A DNA stretch of 63,484 nt, filler included, from Squatina squatina (lineage: Eukaryota), in the NCBI GenBank assembly GCA_031763465.1. It is 4 parts of 4 records of this genome, joined end to end, with 100 filler letters (N's around TTAATTAATTAA, not from the genome) between each part and the next. Parts side by side here need not be neighbours in the genome. Positions count along the whole stretch, not along the records: positions 1 to 15,667 come from JARFOE010000234.1; 3 more parts are not named here. One strand, given 5' to 3'. How positions within the stretch are numbered: position 1 is the first letter of the stretch; each line of letters begins with the position of its first letter. A program made the translations under genes and the position numbers. The notes below the pieces were generated by a model. The model was not told the origin of the DNA. It was given only the letters and a program-made list of their open reading frames with translations, and did not search any database. Shown one piece after another: positions 1-13,639 of this stretch.

Positions 1-3000
1 CATTGTGCATGTATGACATTAATTCTCAGAGTCACGAACCTTGCAATGTAAGTTAAAGACATGCTCCTTTTTACCTACAAGAGTGATGCCAAAGGGTGTT
101 GCCAACACGGCTTCCACTGGGATAAGGAGCCTCCAACAACTTATGTGTACCAGAATGAATTTCACCTCGCTCTGCAAGCGCATGGATATGGATTTCAGTG
201 GGAGGGCAAGGAGTATAATTTAGACCCTTTGATCTGTCTGGCATCCCTCTGCAGGTCGTCTTCCTCTTCTGAATCCATCAGCTGAAAGGATTCCCTTTGC
301 TACCAGTAAAGAGAGTAGGAGCTTAAAAAAAAAGCCCATGTGCCAGCTGGAGAAAAGAATAACAAGAAAAGCTCAGAAATGGCCTAAATATACTAACCTT
401 CAGATCTGTGCCCTTTTAAATTACCTCCCACCCTGCAGGTCTGCCTTGGCAATCTTGGACAGCAATTTACTGGGGCAGGCTTTGGAATTGGTGTTTATCA
501 AGTCCTCTGGCCAGAAAATGGAACTGGGGGCCCTAATGCCCCCGTTCTGGATTAAGGTAGTGAAGCTTCCAGCTGCTTTAACCTGGAGCTTCCTCAGGCC
601 TAACAGGCCCAAACATAGGCAGAGATTATCAGCCCCTCCATCTCCATTGACTATAATTTGGTAAGCATCACTACAGTGATACTACCTGGACGTTTACTTG
701 ATCTATAATGCATTGTTCAGCAAATAGTTTTTAAGTAGCTCCTAGTAAAATTTGTTCAGCAATGTCTTTTTTTAAAAACAAACTATCATTGATACATAGC
801 CTGTACGTGTTTTTGCATTACAGCATCTGTTTGGAGCTGATAGCAGCCTTCCCAGAGATGATGGATTTCCAGTGTCTATCTGTTTGTTGCTCAGGCAGCT
901 GAGTATAATTAGGCTGCATTTGCATATGCATAATAAATGTTCCNNNNNNNNNNNNNNNNNNNNNNNNNNNNNNNNNNNNNNNNNNNNNNNNNNNNNNNNN
1001 NNNNNNNNNNNNNNNNNNNNNNNNNNNNNNNNNNNNNNNNNNNGTGGGTTAAAATTTCTCCCATAAACTCTGATCACTTTCAGAAAGTTCATCTATAATC
1101 TGCATTATTCAATTGAAGCGAGTTCACTTTGTGATGCATGCATCTGCAAAATTATTAGTCATAACCAATTTTCTCAGAAGCCTGTAATTTGTGACAGATA
1201 CTTGTGATCGCAGCACTTGGGGACGAATGCTGACAGAATCACAAAGTATCCCAAAGAAACTGCTTCAGTGAAATGCTTAATATAATCTTGATTTTTGTTG
1301 CAAAGGCTTAGAAGATTATTGCAAACACAACACAGAAAAAAACCCACTGCAAAAGTAGAAAGCGCACATTTTTTAGAAATTTCTCTTTCCCCACAAATAT
1401 GTTTTTAACGTCACAAGATCATGTGAATGTTTACTACCACCCTTCAGTCTGCTTTATAAATTGCCACAGAGGTGTGAAATGTTGTTCAGTCATATGAAAG
1501 GAAGATGGCAGTGCAGCCTAAACATAAAAGTATGGCATTCTGCAGGAGTTGAGTTGAGACTGAATAAAGTATGTCAGTTTATGCGAGTAATAAGGTTATT
1601 CAAAAAATATATTCTTTACGAAGTAATCGGCTCTTTTAGTGGCGATTCACAAGCCTACTGAAGTGCAACCATCATTTATATAGACAACCATAAAAATCAC
1701 TTGAATGATTGATGAGCTGCCTTTTACTAATTCATATCATAATGCATAGCAGCCTTTCAAATTATCCTAAAGTACTATTACATAGGTAGCACAATGTTAT
1801 CTTGGGTGTTCAGGTATTTATGTGAGAGAAATTTGTATTTAATTAAATATTTAGAAAATGACAGCACATTTGAGAAACAGTTAATGGAGAGAGGCTATCA
1901 TGGGATCTATCATTAGAATAGCAGAGTGCCACATAACACAAACAACTTGCTGGAGCCAACCATCAAATTTAATTAAAAGCCGTCAAAAGTAAACTGAAAA
2001 ATTGTGTCATAAAAATTTGTCCTCTCTCAGCAGCCATAGGTGATGACAGGGAAGCCTTGCAACCAATAACAGTTTGATAAGACAAACTGCCTTCAACTTG
2101 TAATCCACTCTGCCAGATATCAGTGTCAGTTAGAGCAGATTAATAGAGCAGGCACTAACTCACTTCCTTGCATCTGTCTACCGAGTCTCTTCATCGCTTG
2201 CTTTACACGTAGCTTCAGTGATTGATAAATGAAAGACAGAGCAGGTCAAGATTCAATTTATTGCGCTGTTCACTTGCAGTTTAAATAATTCAGGTGTAGT
2301 GTTTCCTGGGCCAGTCTCTCAACACCCGAGTGTTTGAGTGAGTGTGTTTATTGACAGGGTGCTGGCCTTCCCGGAGAGTTCAGTTCAACATCTTTGCTCA
2401 GCAAAGTCGGAATCTGAAGAAATTGTCAGTATTGACACTCCTGCCTCAAGGGGCTCGTGTGAAGTGACTGATGAGAAAATTNNNNNNNNNNNNNNNNNNN
2501 NNNNNNNNNNNNNNNNNNNNNNNNNNNNNNNNNNNNNNNNNNNNNNNNNNNNNNNNNNNNNNNNNNNNNNNNNNNNNNNNNCAACATATGTTTCAATGAT
2601 GTATTGGTGAACCCGCTGAGTGCTTGGTCCATAACTAGTAATTCATCTTGTCCTTTTTTTCCTGTTTGTACTAACTGTCATGAAATTTATGAAGTGGTGT
2701 TTTGTTTTTAATTTTGTGGAAAGATAAATTTACTGTGCTGGATTCAAGGCACACTTCCTGTGCAAAGTAACAAATCAGGTCAAACTAGATCACAGTGTTT
2801 ACCATTTACAATCACACTGTGAAAGTCACATCAATTTTATTCCTGTCTAGTACATCCTTGATCTGAACATTGCTGCCTGTTTCTGCCACTTCATACATAT
2901 GCACTAACTCTTTGAAGACTGTTTGTGCTTTCAAAGCAGAGTGACAATATGTTGCAAGTGCTCAGAATATATTTTACAAATTGAGAAATAATCTTTGGTG

Positions 3001-3119
3001 TTTACCATTTTACTGAGGAGTGAAACAATTCACTGCAAAACTGCATAGCAAAGTCAACTAATCCCCTTGTGCATTCCCTAAGTGCCTGTTTTTCGTGTGC
3101 CTTTGCATATCCTAGTGCT

Positions 3120-3694
3120 GCTACGAAGTGCTACCCCATGGCTGCAGCATAGCTGGTGAAAGACAGTTGACTTTCAGTAGGCGAGAGTGTAGATGGCCTT
3201 GCAGGACAACCTCGAGCAGCTCTGGGCCTGGAAGGCCTGTCTGTAGACTGTACCACTTCAGCATGGGCTGCAGCAGTCTGGGCTGGCAGGCTGACAGGCA
3301 ACAGCAAGGGCACTGGCGGAGTGGCAGTACAAATGCTGTCATCCTGAGTTAGGAAAGCAGGTTCGTGCTCCATGGAGCCACTGTCACTCCCCGGTGCAGC
3401 GCCTCAGCAATCCTAGTAATATGCTGGAATTCAGATTGCCGGACTGTTGTGAGACCCCGCAAACCCCTGGTAAACACAGCTACGATGGCAGCAGTCTGAT
3501 CTTGCGTGGCAACAAGCTTCCACTGCAGCACTCAGATGTTAGGTCACTTCCATTGGTGCTGCAATGGAAGCTGAGATATCACCCATCAGACCCTGCATCA
3601 TAGTTGGTTCCATAAGTGCTCTAATGGAGTTGCCCATCACTTCCAGGATGGAATGTTACCTCCCTGGTGCTAGGGCCATGGATGTCTCAGAGCG
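3120..3694 (-). mobile_element. Decayed ORF, probably the C-terminal part of the second (Myb/SANT-like) gene of a PIF/Harbinger transposon
   Basis: GC-rich island. Broken minus-strand frames read ...QTAAIVAVFTRGLRGLTTVRQSEFQHI... then ...TPPVPLLLPVSLPAQTAAAHAEVVQSTDRPSRPRAARGCP.... No Myb domain is visible, so the assignment is by resemblance only. Confidence 0.3.
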
Positions 3695-5229
3695 NNNNNN
3701 NNNNNNNNNNNNNNNNNNNNNNNNNNNNNNNNNNNNNNNNNNNNNNNNNNNNNNNNNNNNNNNNNNNNNNNNNNNNNNNNNNNNNNNNNNNNNNCAGTAT
3801 TTTGCTTTTGTATCTAACTTGTGTTTATAGTGAGAGTCTCATAGTGGTTCCTACAAATTGGCATTTATCAGCTTAATTTCATTTGGACTGTCTCATTTAA
3901 CGTTTCTACTCACCATGGAACTTGTTTGAAAGATTTGTGTCACCAATGAATCATGGGAGGCCATCGGGTACAATGTTCCTGTGTGTTGCATTGTTTTAAT
4001 TTTTCCGCATGTAAATCTCGAAGACAATTGAAAGCCAATGAGTTTTATATAATTTTTTATTGAGAAAACAGGGCCACTATAAGTGCCAGGCATTCTGGAC
4101 GCACCATTCGTCATATTTGCAGTGAAGTTCTGAACAAGAGGACTGAATTTGCATTTGTTAATTAAGGACTTGCAGCAATAATTTGGAATTAAATTCCAAT
4201 CCTGTAAATTGTAATTAAATCTGATTTCGGGATTCTATTAAATCTGATTACGGGACTCCCTTCGGAAACGATTAAATTCTGATTTGTGATTAGAGGACCA
4301 GGCCCATGTGATCCCAGCTAGGCTTCTGCACATGCTGCGTCCCTGGGCTCTGTGGGCCGTTACGCCTCCTACTCGCAGCGTCAGACTGCAAGTTTTCACA
4401 GGAGGGCCGCCATACTCCGGAGGTATGCCTCCTACCGCAATTTGACACATCTGTTATTCCTTTCTCTATCTACATATACTATTGCCTCTTGACAATTGTG
4501 ATATCTCGTTGGTATTTTCTCTTTTTTTTTAAATGCAAGGAGTTTTCTGGTGCATTTACAGATTGGTGCCAATGCAACCTGGTTTTGTACCAATCCTACA
4601 ATTAAGACAGCCTAAATACAGAATGTAACTCTCAGGTTTTAGCTCTGAATTTACACTAAACAAATTTACTGCCAGTGCAAAACTTGTAATGTGCATGCAT
4701 CCTTAAGTGATAAAGAAGATTTTTTTTCTGTAAAGTTGTGCATACAAACTTACTCCAAAATTAAATACCTATTCCTGCCCCAGAATGTCTCAACCGGTTT
4801 TACATGAAGAGATTCAGTAATTCAGAGTGCCCCACCTCTTGAATACAATCTCAGGTACTAGAATTTCTCAATAGACTCAGCATGAGGCTCAATGGCACAG
4901 CACAGTGCAATCTGTACAACGGTCATGCCCAACACCAGACACTGCAAAGAACAGAAACATTTCACACCTCACCCTTGATTTACCCACCATGGTAATCTGT
5001 ATTGCCCTTGCTGAATACAGATTATACTTTACTTGTGACCTCTGGACCTTCACAAGTAACTTGAGCAGTTATGGGTTATGAGATCAAGCCATGTGTTGAA
5101 TATCTTTTGATATTTTAGTATGTCAGATGGAAGGGTATGTTTTGCTCTCAGCTTTGCGTCATGATATGTTTTGACACGTTTATGGTGGCAATAGAAAGAT
5201 TACAAGAATGCGAAACCAATAGAAGACAA

Positions 5230-6321
5230 AGGGGAGGGTGCGAAATTCAGCGTTCGGGAATGTCTGGGGAACACTTTCGGGAGGCGCTCCCTGGGACACC
5301 AGCCGGCTGCCGCGGCATTCAGGAGCGGGTTTGCGAAGGCGCTGACAGGCTGCACCTCTGCTGCTGGGCACGGCATGAAACCCGGCATCACACGGTGATG
5401 GTGACATCATCACCGTGCACGCCGCCCCCCTGAGCGACCCGGCACAGAATTTGTGAGCCCAATCGATAGCAGGAGCTGTCGATGCAGAGTCAGCACCCGG
5501 ATACGGCGCCCTTATTCAAACGTGAGTGTTGCACTCACCTTCTGAAGCGCCATTAGTATCTTCAATTGTAAATAGTAGTTGTTGAAGTTCAGACCTTCCA
5601 GGCAGCCACTGGAGAAATAGCCAATATATCTCACTTTTCCGTTCATTGCACCATCAGAGATGTCACTGATGCGCTATACAGGAAGAAGAGGCAGTACATC
5701 TCCTTTCCCATGACCAGAGAGAAGCAGCAGGAGCAGGCAATGGGATTTGTCAGGCTGGCGGGCTTCCCCATGGTGCAGGTTGCGAAAGACTGCACACACG
5801 ACGCTTTGAGGGTACCGGAACACAATCGAGAGCAGTTCTGAAACCACAAGGGCTTCCACTCACTGAACGTGCAGTTGGTGTGCGACCACAAATGAATTAT
5901 CATGCGCTGGATGCCCGCGATCCTGGCAGTGCCCATGATGCCTTCATCTTGTGCCAGAACGGAGTGCCAGCACTCTTCCAGCTGCCAAATCAGCCTTGGG
6001 GCTGGCTGTGCAGTGACAAGGGCTATCCACGACAGACCTGGCTGATGACACCCCTCCAAACCCCAACACTCCAGCCCAGCAGGCGTACAATGACAGCCAT
6101 ACTGCCACCAGGACCATCATAGAACAGACGATAGGACTGCTGAAGCAGCGGTTCCATTGTGTGGACCACTCGGGAGGAGTCCTCCAGTACTTGCCTGACT
6201 GGGTCTCCTTATTTGTGGCCATCTGCTTCATGCTACACAACCTGGCTATCATGAGGAGGTCAGCCCTTGCCAGCAGAAGTTGCTGCAGGAGCTGAGGAGA
6301 AACAGGAGGACTATGAGGAGG
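5230..6321 (+). mobile_element. PIF/Harbinger DNA transposon with decayed HARBI1-like DDE transposase (coding relic about 5593-6321)
   Basis: Joined frames: FQAATGEIANISHFSVHCTIRDVTDALY...AGFPMVQVAKDCTH...F*NHKGFHSLNVQLVCDH...PGSAHDAFIL...GWLCSDKGYP...WLMTP...YNDSHTATRTIIEQTIGLLKQRF...CFMLHNLA. These are the Harbinger motifs (G.IDCTH, KG.HSLNVQ, PGS.HD, DxGY, IE.TIG.LK.RF), with stops and frameshifts. A CpG-rich left end lies upstream. Confidence 0.92.
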
Positions 6322-6421
6322 NNNNNNNNNNNNNNNNNNNNNNNNNNNNNNNNNNNNNNNNNNNNNNNNNNNNNNNNNNNNNNNNNNNNNNNNNNNNNNN
6401 NNNNNNNNNNNNNNNNNNNNN

Positions 6422-7150
6422 GTGGGTGGGATGCTCAGGTTTTCGCATGCACCTTCCATTGCTTGCGCTTGGCCTGGAAATTGCGGTTGGAAGCTTGCCG
6501 CAGTCAAACGCCTCCGAAACACAAGAAAACTCTGCACTTACGTGCTGCCTCCGGATCTTCGAATTCTGGCATTCCTGGGCTGTGTAAAGGCCCACGTATT
6601 CCAGGGCACGTGTGATTTGCAAGTGTCCCTGGGATCACTTGGGCCTGCCCAACCAATGAAAAAGGGGGATTCCTATTATCCTTATGGGGATTCCATTTAC
6701 GTACGGAATCCCCATTAAGCATAATAGAAAGCACATGTAAAATACATTTTCACACCACTGAAATGAAAATAAATCATCACAGGTTCAAAATTAATTCAAA
6801 TACCAATTAATTAAACATTTAAAATAACATTAATTTTTTGAAAAATAAATTTAAACATTTTCAAACGGGACAAAAATAACCGAAACGAATTTTAAATGTA
6901 AGTGAATGTTTAAATCATTTTTAATATTGTTATTTTAGCGATAATTTGAACCCTTACACTGGTAAAAGGACTTACACCAATTTCTACCGGCCATCAGGGT
7001 TTGGTGGGCAGTAGTTGGGCGAATATTCTATCCCGCGTCAACAAGTGTCAATTTCCAGCGAATGGGTACAATCTGTCAAGCAGAAACTTAACAGATCACA
7101 AGTTCCGGGCTTTCACGCATGCACAAAACCTGATAAAATCTGGGCCATTA
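6422..7150. mobile_element. Non-autonomous DNA transposon (MITE-like, probably Harbinger-derived)
   Basis: GC-rich arms around an AT-rich core, with an internal hairpin ATGGGGATTCC...GGAATCCCCAT. Segment 6950-7025 matches the reverse complement of 16160-16260. Confidence 0.55.
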
Positions 7151-9804
7151 TTCACAATTAAACCCATTTCAATATATTTGAACTTTTTTCTCATATACCC
7201 TCCCAAAGAATGGATTCACAGTCCTCTCGCAATTCACTTCCGGACAGCATTGTTTCTTGTCTTTACAACAAAACGTTTTCAACATATTACAGGAAAATAG
7301 TTGTGTAATTATGTTTTTTTTGTTGAAAATCCATAAGTTAAAGATGCACTGCATTCTGTGTTGAGCACTACACTGTGATCAATAATAAATTATCTGAACT
7401 ACTATGATTTACAGTTAAAAGATTAGCAATATTGGGCTACCATTGACATACACAAATTATACTTGCTGCAAACAATGTCCCACATTCTGGCCTTAGAGTT
7501 GTAGAAAAATTATCCTCCAGCATTAAGGAACACAACTCAAAGTAAAAAGTAACGGCATTCTTATTTGTATAAAGGTTTTAACCTTACAATTGACCTCTTT
7601 GAATGTGTACTCTGCCCAATATTTATGTAAATAATACCGTAAATGCTTCTACATTTTCCACATTTGCCTGTCAGTTTCTAACCCTATCGGCGGGTTTAAG
7701 CTTGCTGGGTGGATTCAATTGAGTGTCACAGTTGACCTGTGGCTCTGATTGCAGAGAGCTGAGCTCACATCGAGCACAGACACTTTTGTATGCATTGTGC
7801 TGATAACCGCGGAGGTTCATTTTCCTCTTGAACGAGCACAGTAAGAAAAAGTCCAAACCTGTAATTGCATGAGATGAGGACAGCTAATATGCTTGATTGC
7901 TTTTTAAGCCTCAGTGCCACGTAATGAAATATGACTGTTCAAAAGAAATTAGAAGTGTGATTCCTTTCTTGCATTTCCGTATCTTCCCTTGGAATCCCTC
8001 AACGCGGCTTTTTATTCTGCATCTATCGTTGTGTCAGTGAATAACGTTTTTAAAAGGCAGGTTCAAAGTCTAATTGTAATATCAGAGGTAGTGTGCATTT
8101 TTTATTTTCAAAGAGTTGGAGCATTTATGTTTATTATACACTAAAATCATTTTTGTGGGCATATTCTAATGCTGCCTGCCACCATGTAAAATTGAAATCT
8201 TGCTCGTTATTACCGTAGCGGGAGGTTTTTCTGCCCTACATTGTGGGAGTCATAACATCTGATAAAGAAAACCACTTTATCCAGGAAATTGCATTACCAC
8301 CAGATTACTTTATCTGATTGAATGAAAGACAGCGACAGATAAGCCTGAAGATAAATTACTGAATTTGATCCAGTGGAAAAGTATATTGTTAAGGATACTG
8401 TTACACTCACTAACTGTGGGTCTGCTCCAGTAAAAATGAGGTTAAGCGGGAAAAAAAAACTTCTCTTTTTTCATTTTTTTCTTTTCCCTCTTTAAATCTG
8501 AATATTTTGTAATTAAATAAGGGAAATTAATTGCCAAAATAACACGAACATGCAATTTTAAAATTCCATTGATTTACTGAGATGTCCACACCATAAAAAC
8601 CATGTGCAAAGAATAAATCATTTGTNNNNNNNNNNCCCGCCAAGGCTCGTTGAACATTTAATTTGTGTGTGTATGTGCGTTTTTTAATTCTTTAATGGTA
8701 TACACCTTTTTGTGCAGTTAGCTGGGAGGTTTATTCCATTGGTGCAGCTTTCTGTCACAAGTCACTGAGTTCAGTCTGTGATTATAGTTCCCACTATTTA
8801 TATCAAGGTCCTTCTATAGATACAAAAGCAAAATACTGCGGATGCAGGAATCTGGAACATAAACAAAAACTGCTNNNNNNNNNNNNNNNNNNNNNNNNNN
8901 NNNNNNNNNNNNNNNNNNNNNNNNNNNNNNNNNNNNNNNNNNNNNNNNNNNNNNNNNNNNNNNNNNNNNNNNNNTCTACAAGTTTGTTTTTAATGTCGGC
9001 ATACAGCAGATGGTTATGTGAGAGATGGCAGTACGAGAGAAATTGAAAATCAAGTACTCCCAGGTAAGGCATGGATAGCTTCCCATATATTATTCTGACA
9101 ATGTGTCTCAACAGTTAACTCGGAGCACGACTCCCTATTGTACCAGAGCAATATTTCAAATTCCCACACACTCTATTTTTGTGGTTTCTCAGTATAAAAT
9201 TATAATCCAAGTACTGCGGCGGTTATGAGGAGCTGGAATTATCTTCAAAGAGAAGTAGATTGAGAATGAATCAAATTCACATCATAAAAACGGCAGAGTT
9301 GCAGCATATCTGCTACTAAGCTGTATTAAAAGACAGTCCTTCACTTGGCTAATGTGCCAAGAAGCCCTCAACCTGTGGCAGTGCAAATGCTGTTTTACTC
9401 CCAAGTTCATACCGCCACAGTGTGTTTGCAGCAGTACGCTGGGTTTCTAGGCAACTGGTGTGACAATGCATGTAACTCACTTCATTCAATTGCATAGCTC
9501 AAATGTCCTTGTTGATGGGGATCTATCAGCCTTAGTGGAATCAAAGTTGCACCAGTAAATAAATGTCTTAAATGGAAATCACAATATCTGAGGCCGTGTG
9601 CTGGCTCCAGTTGTTACAATGGAGCTGGCACAGCAATATTTCTCCCTCAGACCATCAATTTAGGGAGGTCCTGCTTGTAGTTTTCTAATTGTGCAGCAAT
9701 TGTGGACTTGTTTAAAACATGCAACAAATTGGTATGATAGAAAGAGAGAGGGGCATAAGTTCATACCACAGAGATAAGAAACAGTCAAACAGAGGAACGA
9801 AGAG

Positions 9805-10147
9805 CACATGAATCATAGAATCATAGAATGGTTACAACACAGAAGGAGGTCAGTTGACCCATCGGGCCAGTGCCGGCTCTCTGCAAGAGTGCTTCAGCTG
9901 GTCCCAATCCCCTGCCCTTTCCTCCAGGCAATTATTCAATTCCCTTTGAAAGCCACAGTTGAGTCTGCCTTCACCACCCTTTCAGGCAGTGGATTCCAGA
10001 TCAGATCCACTCGCTGTGTAAAAAAGCTTATTTTGCCAACCACTGGTTCTCCACCCTTCCACCAACGGGAACAGTTTCTCTCTATCTGGTCTGTCTAGAC
10101 CCCTCATGATTTTGAACACCTCTATCAAATCTCCTCTCAATCTTCTC
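9805..10147 (-). mobile_element. CR1-clade LINE 3' end (HER1-like)
   Basis: ATCATAGAATCATAGAA tail and ...CCCCTCATGATTTTGAACACCTCTATCAAATCTCCTCTCAA, the antisense of the CR1 ORF2 C-terminal RLRGDLIEVFKIM motif. Confidence 0.8.
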
Positions 10148-11124
10148 NNNNNNNNNNNNNNNNNNNNNNNNNNNNNNNNNNNNNNNNNNNNNNNNNNNNN
10201 NNNNNNNNNNNNNNNNNNNNNNNNNNNNNNNNNNNNNNNNNNNNNNNGCCAGCAGTCACTCCGACAACGTGCTGTATAGTACCCAAATCAAAAATCAGAA
10301 AACAGATTAGTTGCTGTAGTTTTGCAGGATGAAATGAAAATGCCTGGGGATGTGGAAGAATGCGCACACAAGAGACAGAAAGCAAGTGAGATGAGATAGC
10401 AAGAAAATAGCAGACACAGAGCAAGAGAAAATCACGATGAAAGAGAGATGAATCAGAAGAGAGACATTACAATCTTTTGTGACTGTGAGGGAAAGGCTGT
10501 GACAAACAGGGAGGTATTTTATTTTACTTGATCTCGGATAATTGGAGTAAATCCAGTTTAAAATTACTTCAGACAGCGGTATCTTTGGCAGAAGCCCTTT
10601 GTTCTGTGATAGTGAGGACCAATAAATGTAATTGGCTGTATCAGTCAGATCTTTTTGGCACATTTGATGGCAAACAGCTGTCCTAAATGGGCTTTTTTTT
10701 TGTTTCTATGCCTTTGTTCAGAAACTAATTATGTCAAGAAGCGACTTGGTGGCTGGAATGGCCTGTTGAAATGTTAACATATGCAGATTCACAGTGGAAT
10801 AGATGATTCTAATCTCCTTGAATGCCAAACCATTAAGGGAAATAAATGGAAGAAGTGACAAGAACCCAGACATTAATGTCTCACCTCAAAAGGCGTCTGA
10901 TCTGTTTGTTTAATGTCAATAAAGTGGCTGTAACACAAAAGATGTTCCACAACATACACCAACATAAGTTCTGGCAAAAAATTCAAACTCANNNNNNNNN
11001 NNNNNNNNNNNNNNNNNNNNNNNNNNNNNNNNNNNNNNNNNNNNNNGAATCAAATTGGCTGAAGACCGGCTTCTGTGGTAGTGGACATCTCAGGAGGAGG
11101 CTGATATGAATCCATCGCTGTAAA

Positions 11125-11595
11125 CTTCTGGCTGAAGATGGTTGCAAATGCTTCAGCCTTGTCTTTAGCACTCACTTGTTGGGTTCCTCCATCATTGAGG
11201 ATGGGGATATTCATGGAGTCTCCTCCTCCTGTTAGCTGTTTAATGGTCCGCCACCATTCACGACCGGATATGGCAGGACTGCAGAGCTTAGATCTGATCC
11301 GTTGATTGTGGGATCACTTAAGCCTGTCCATAGCATGCTGCTTCCACTTTTTAGCATGCATGTAATCCTGTTTTGCAGCTTCACCAGTTTAGCATCTAAT
11401 TTTTAGGCATGCCTGGTGCTGCTCTTGGCATGCTCTTCTACACTCCTCATTGAAGAAGGGTTGGTCCCCTGGCTTGATGGTTATGATAGAGTGAGGGATA
11501 TGCTGGGCCATGAGGTTACAGATGGTGGTGGGATACAATTGTTGCTGCTGATGGCCATAGCGCTAGATCTGTACTGAATCTATACCATTTAGCAA
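11125..11595 (-). mobile_element. LINE ORF2 fragment (CR1/L2 group, region between endonuclease and RT)
   Basis: Minus strand reads TTICNLMAQHIPHSIITIKPGDQPFFNEECRRACQEQHQACLK..., containing the PW/FFN motif typical of the LINE ORF2 linker. Confidence 0.7.
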
Positions 11596-12603
11596 TTGAA
11601 GTCAGTGAAAAAGAAAATCAGGTGGTGTGCAAAACAGGCAGCCGATTTGCTATCACCTGTTTTGCATTACTTCCCAAGCTGAAATTATATCTCACTTCAT
11701 ACTGCCCCTTTTTTCAATAAGAACACACAGTTGAGTAGAAGTGGTAATATGTAAACATTCTTGAATCGTGCTGGCAGGTACTGCAAATATTCCATTGGTG
11801 ATAAACCCACGCATGTGGATTGAGTTGTCACATATCTGCAAGAATTAATTTATTAAATTGCTAATGCCAAATGTAATAGAGATTGAGGAACTCTTGGAAC
11901 TAACTTTCTTAATTTGCAGTATTCTCCAAATAATCTTGTCATATTACTTTTGGCACATAAATACTACTGCAGGCCTCAAAGGAGCCTGAGTAAATAGATG
12001 TCCATCTTATTTCTTTCAACTTATGTAGTTACTGTCAGTGTTGTGNNNNNNNNNNACATGTATGAATAATCACTGTCAATGATTATTGTTCCTTCTAATT
12101 AATTATTCATGTCTTTCTCTGAAGGTCACAATGATACATGGTAAAAATAGAATGTAGGTGACTCCAAACCATACAAAAACAAGAATTGACTGGGTGGTCA
12201 ATGATGCAACAAAGGTGAAGACAGATGAAATGTTTAATCAGAGATGCAAAGACTAGAATCACATATTCATTATTTTCAGTACAAATACGCCATTATTCAT
12301 TTGACACCAATTAAAACTGAATTCCTTCACTGACCCTCCCTCCATTTATCTTCATAGCAAACACAATTCAATGGCAAAGTGAGTACACAAATGATATTCC
12401 ATCATGCCTTTGTATTATTGTTGTTGAGCTAGGATGAAGGCCATAGGAGTAGATCAAGGTGCCTCACACAATGAATTTTCCAAACTCTTCCACCTCATCT
12501 TTATTCATGGTATCGCCCTCCAGGTTTTGACTTAGACAGCTTAGTTAATTCCATCCATCAAATACAACTATGCCGTTTTCCATTTTCTCATTGNNNNNNN
12601 NNN

Positions 12604-13033
12604 AAGTGGGCGCCAATCGGGCACGAAATGGACATTTGGGCTCTGACGCCCGTCTGTGATTGAGAAGTGTTTAGCCTGAGGAATTCTACTGGGGTATGCA
12701 CCGGCATCAATCCGGCATTGGAGGCTGGGTGCTGGCGGCATCAAGCGGTGATGAAGTCATCAGCCTGCATGCTGCTGAGTGTGCGCCGGTGTTGGAGAAT
12801 TGGTCAGCACCCGCGATGTAAAAAGTGGTTGCTGCCTCGCTAGGTTTTTTGAGCGCTGGCAGGCTGCATGATTGCCGAGATAGCGCTACTTAAAGGGGCC
12901 TGGATGTCGGCCATTTCAAATCGGCGACTTTTGCCGCCATCGTTGGAGTGCTGCCAACTGCATCTCCAGATTCAGAATGGTGTGTTTCACATTGCAGGAC
13001 CTTGGTTTAGCCAGTGCAGGTGCAATTTAAGTG
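12604..13033. mobile_element. CpG-rich DNA transposon subterminal fragment (Harbinger-like)
   Basis: CpG-rich island with motifs (GGGCGCCAA, GCCATTT, TTAAAGGGG) like those at 16307-16600 and 54938-55667. Confidence 0.4.
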
Positions 13034-13479
13034 NNNNNNNNNNNNNNNNNNNNNNNNNNNNNNNNNNNNNNNNNNNNNNNNNNNNNNNNNNNNNNNNNNN
13101 NNNNNNNNNNNNNNNNNNNNNNNNNNNNNNNNNTTATATATAAAAGCATTGCAAATAGGTATCATAAAATATGCAAAGTGTTGGGTTATCCCCATTCCCC
13201 AATCCCCAATCCCTCAGTCTCTTTTCCCCATCCCAGTGAGAGTAATCACAAAATTAAATCTTGGATTTGGAAACAAATATGAAAGAAGCCATTTAGTAGC
13301 AAACATTTTGATGCACCTTGATATACCTGATCTTTAAATACAGACATAGAAGCTTGTCCCATTCATGTGACATTGATAGTCTTCATTTCATTTCAAGTTT
13401 TCCCCTTATTCCTCTGCCTCATCGGAAGATGGGTGACATCTTAAGCTTGCTTCTCCTGGAAAAAATGAAACCTCCGAAG

Positions 13480-13615
13480 ATCCCAAAGCATTTCACAGCC
13501 AGTGAAGCATTTTTGAAATGCAGTCACGATTGCAATGTCGGAAACGCAGCAGCCAATTTGCGCATAAAGACCAGTAAATCTGTTTTTTAGTGGTGTTAAT
13601 TGAGGGGTATGAGCC
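13480..13615 (-). mobile_element. SacSINE1/Deu-SINE 3' fragment
   Basis: GTCGGAAACGCAGCAGCCAATTTGCGCA... is also present at 29440-29500 and 41690-41780 and matches the antisense of 62860-62930. Confidence 0.65.
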
Positions 13616-13639
13616 CTCTGCACCACATATAATTTGCTT

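Noticed and set aside
41-310. Short ORFs and a possible minus-strand exon (QRESFQLMDSEEEDD...)
   Set aside because: No recognisable protein in any frame and no coherent splice pair.
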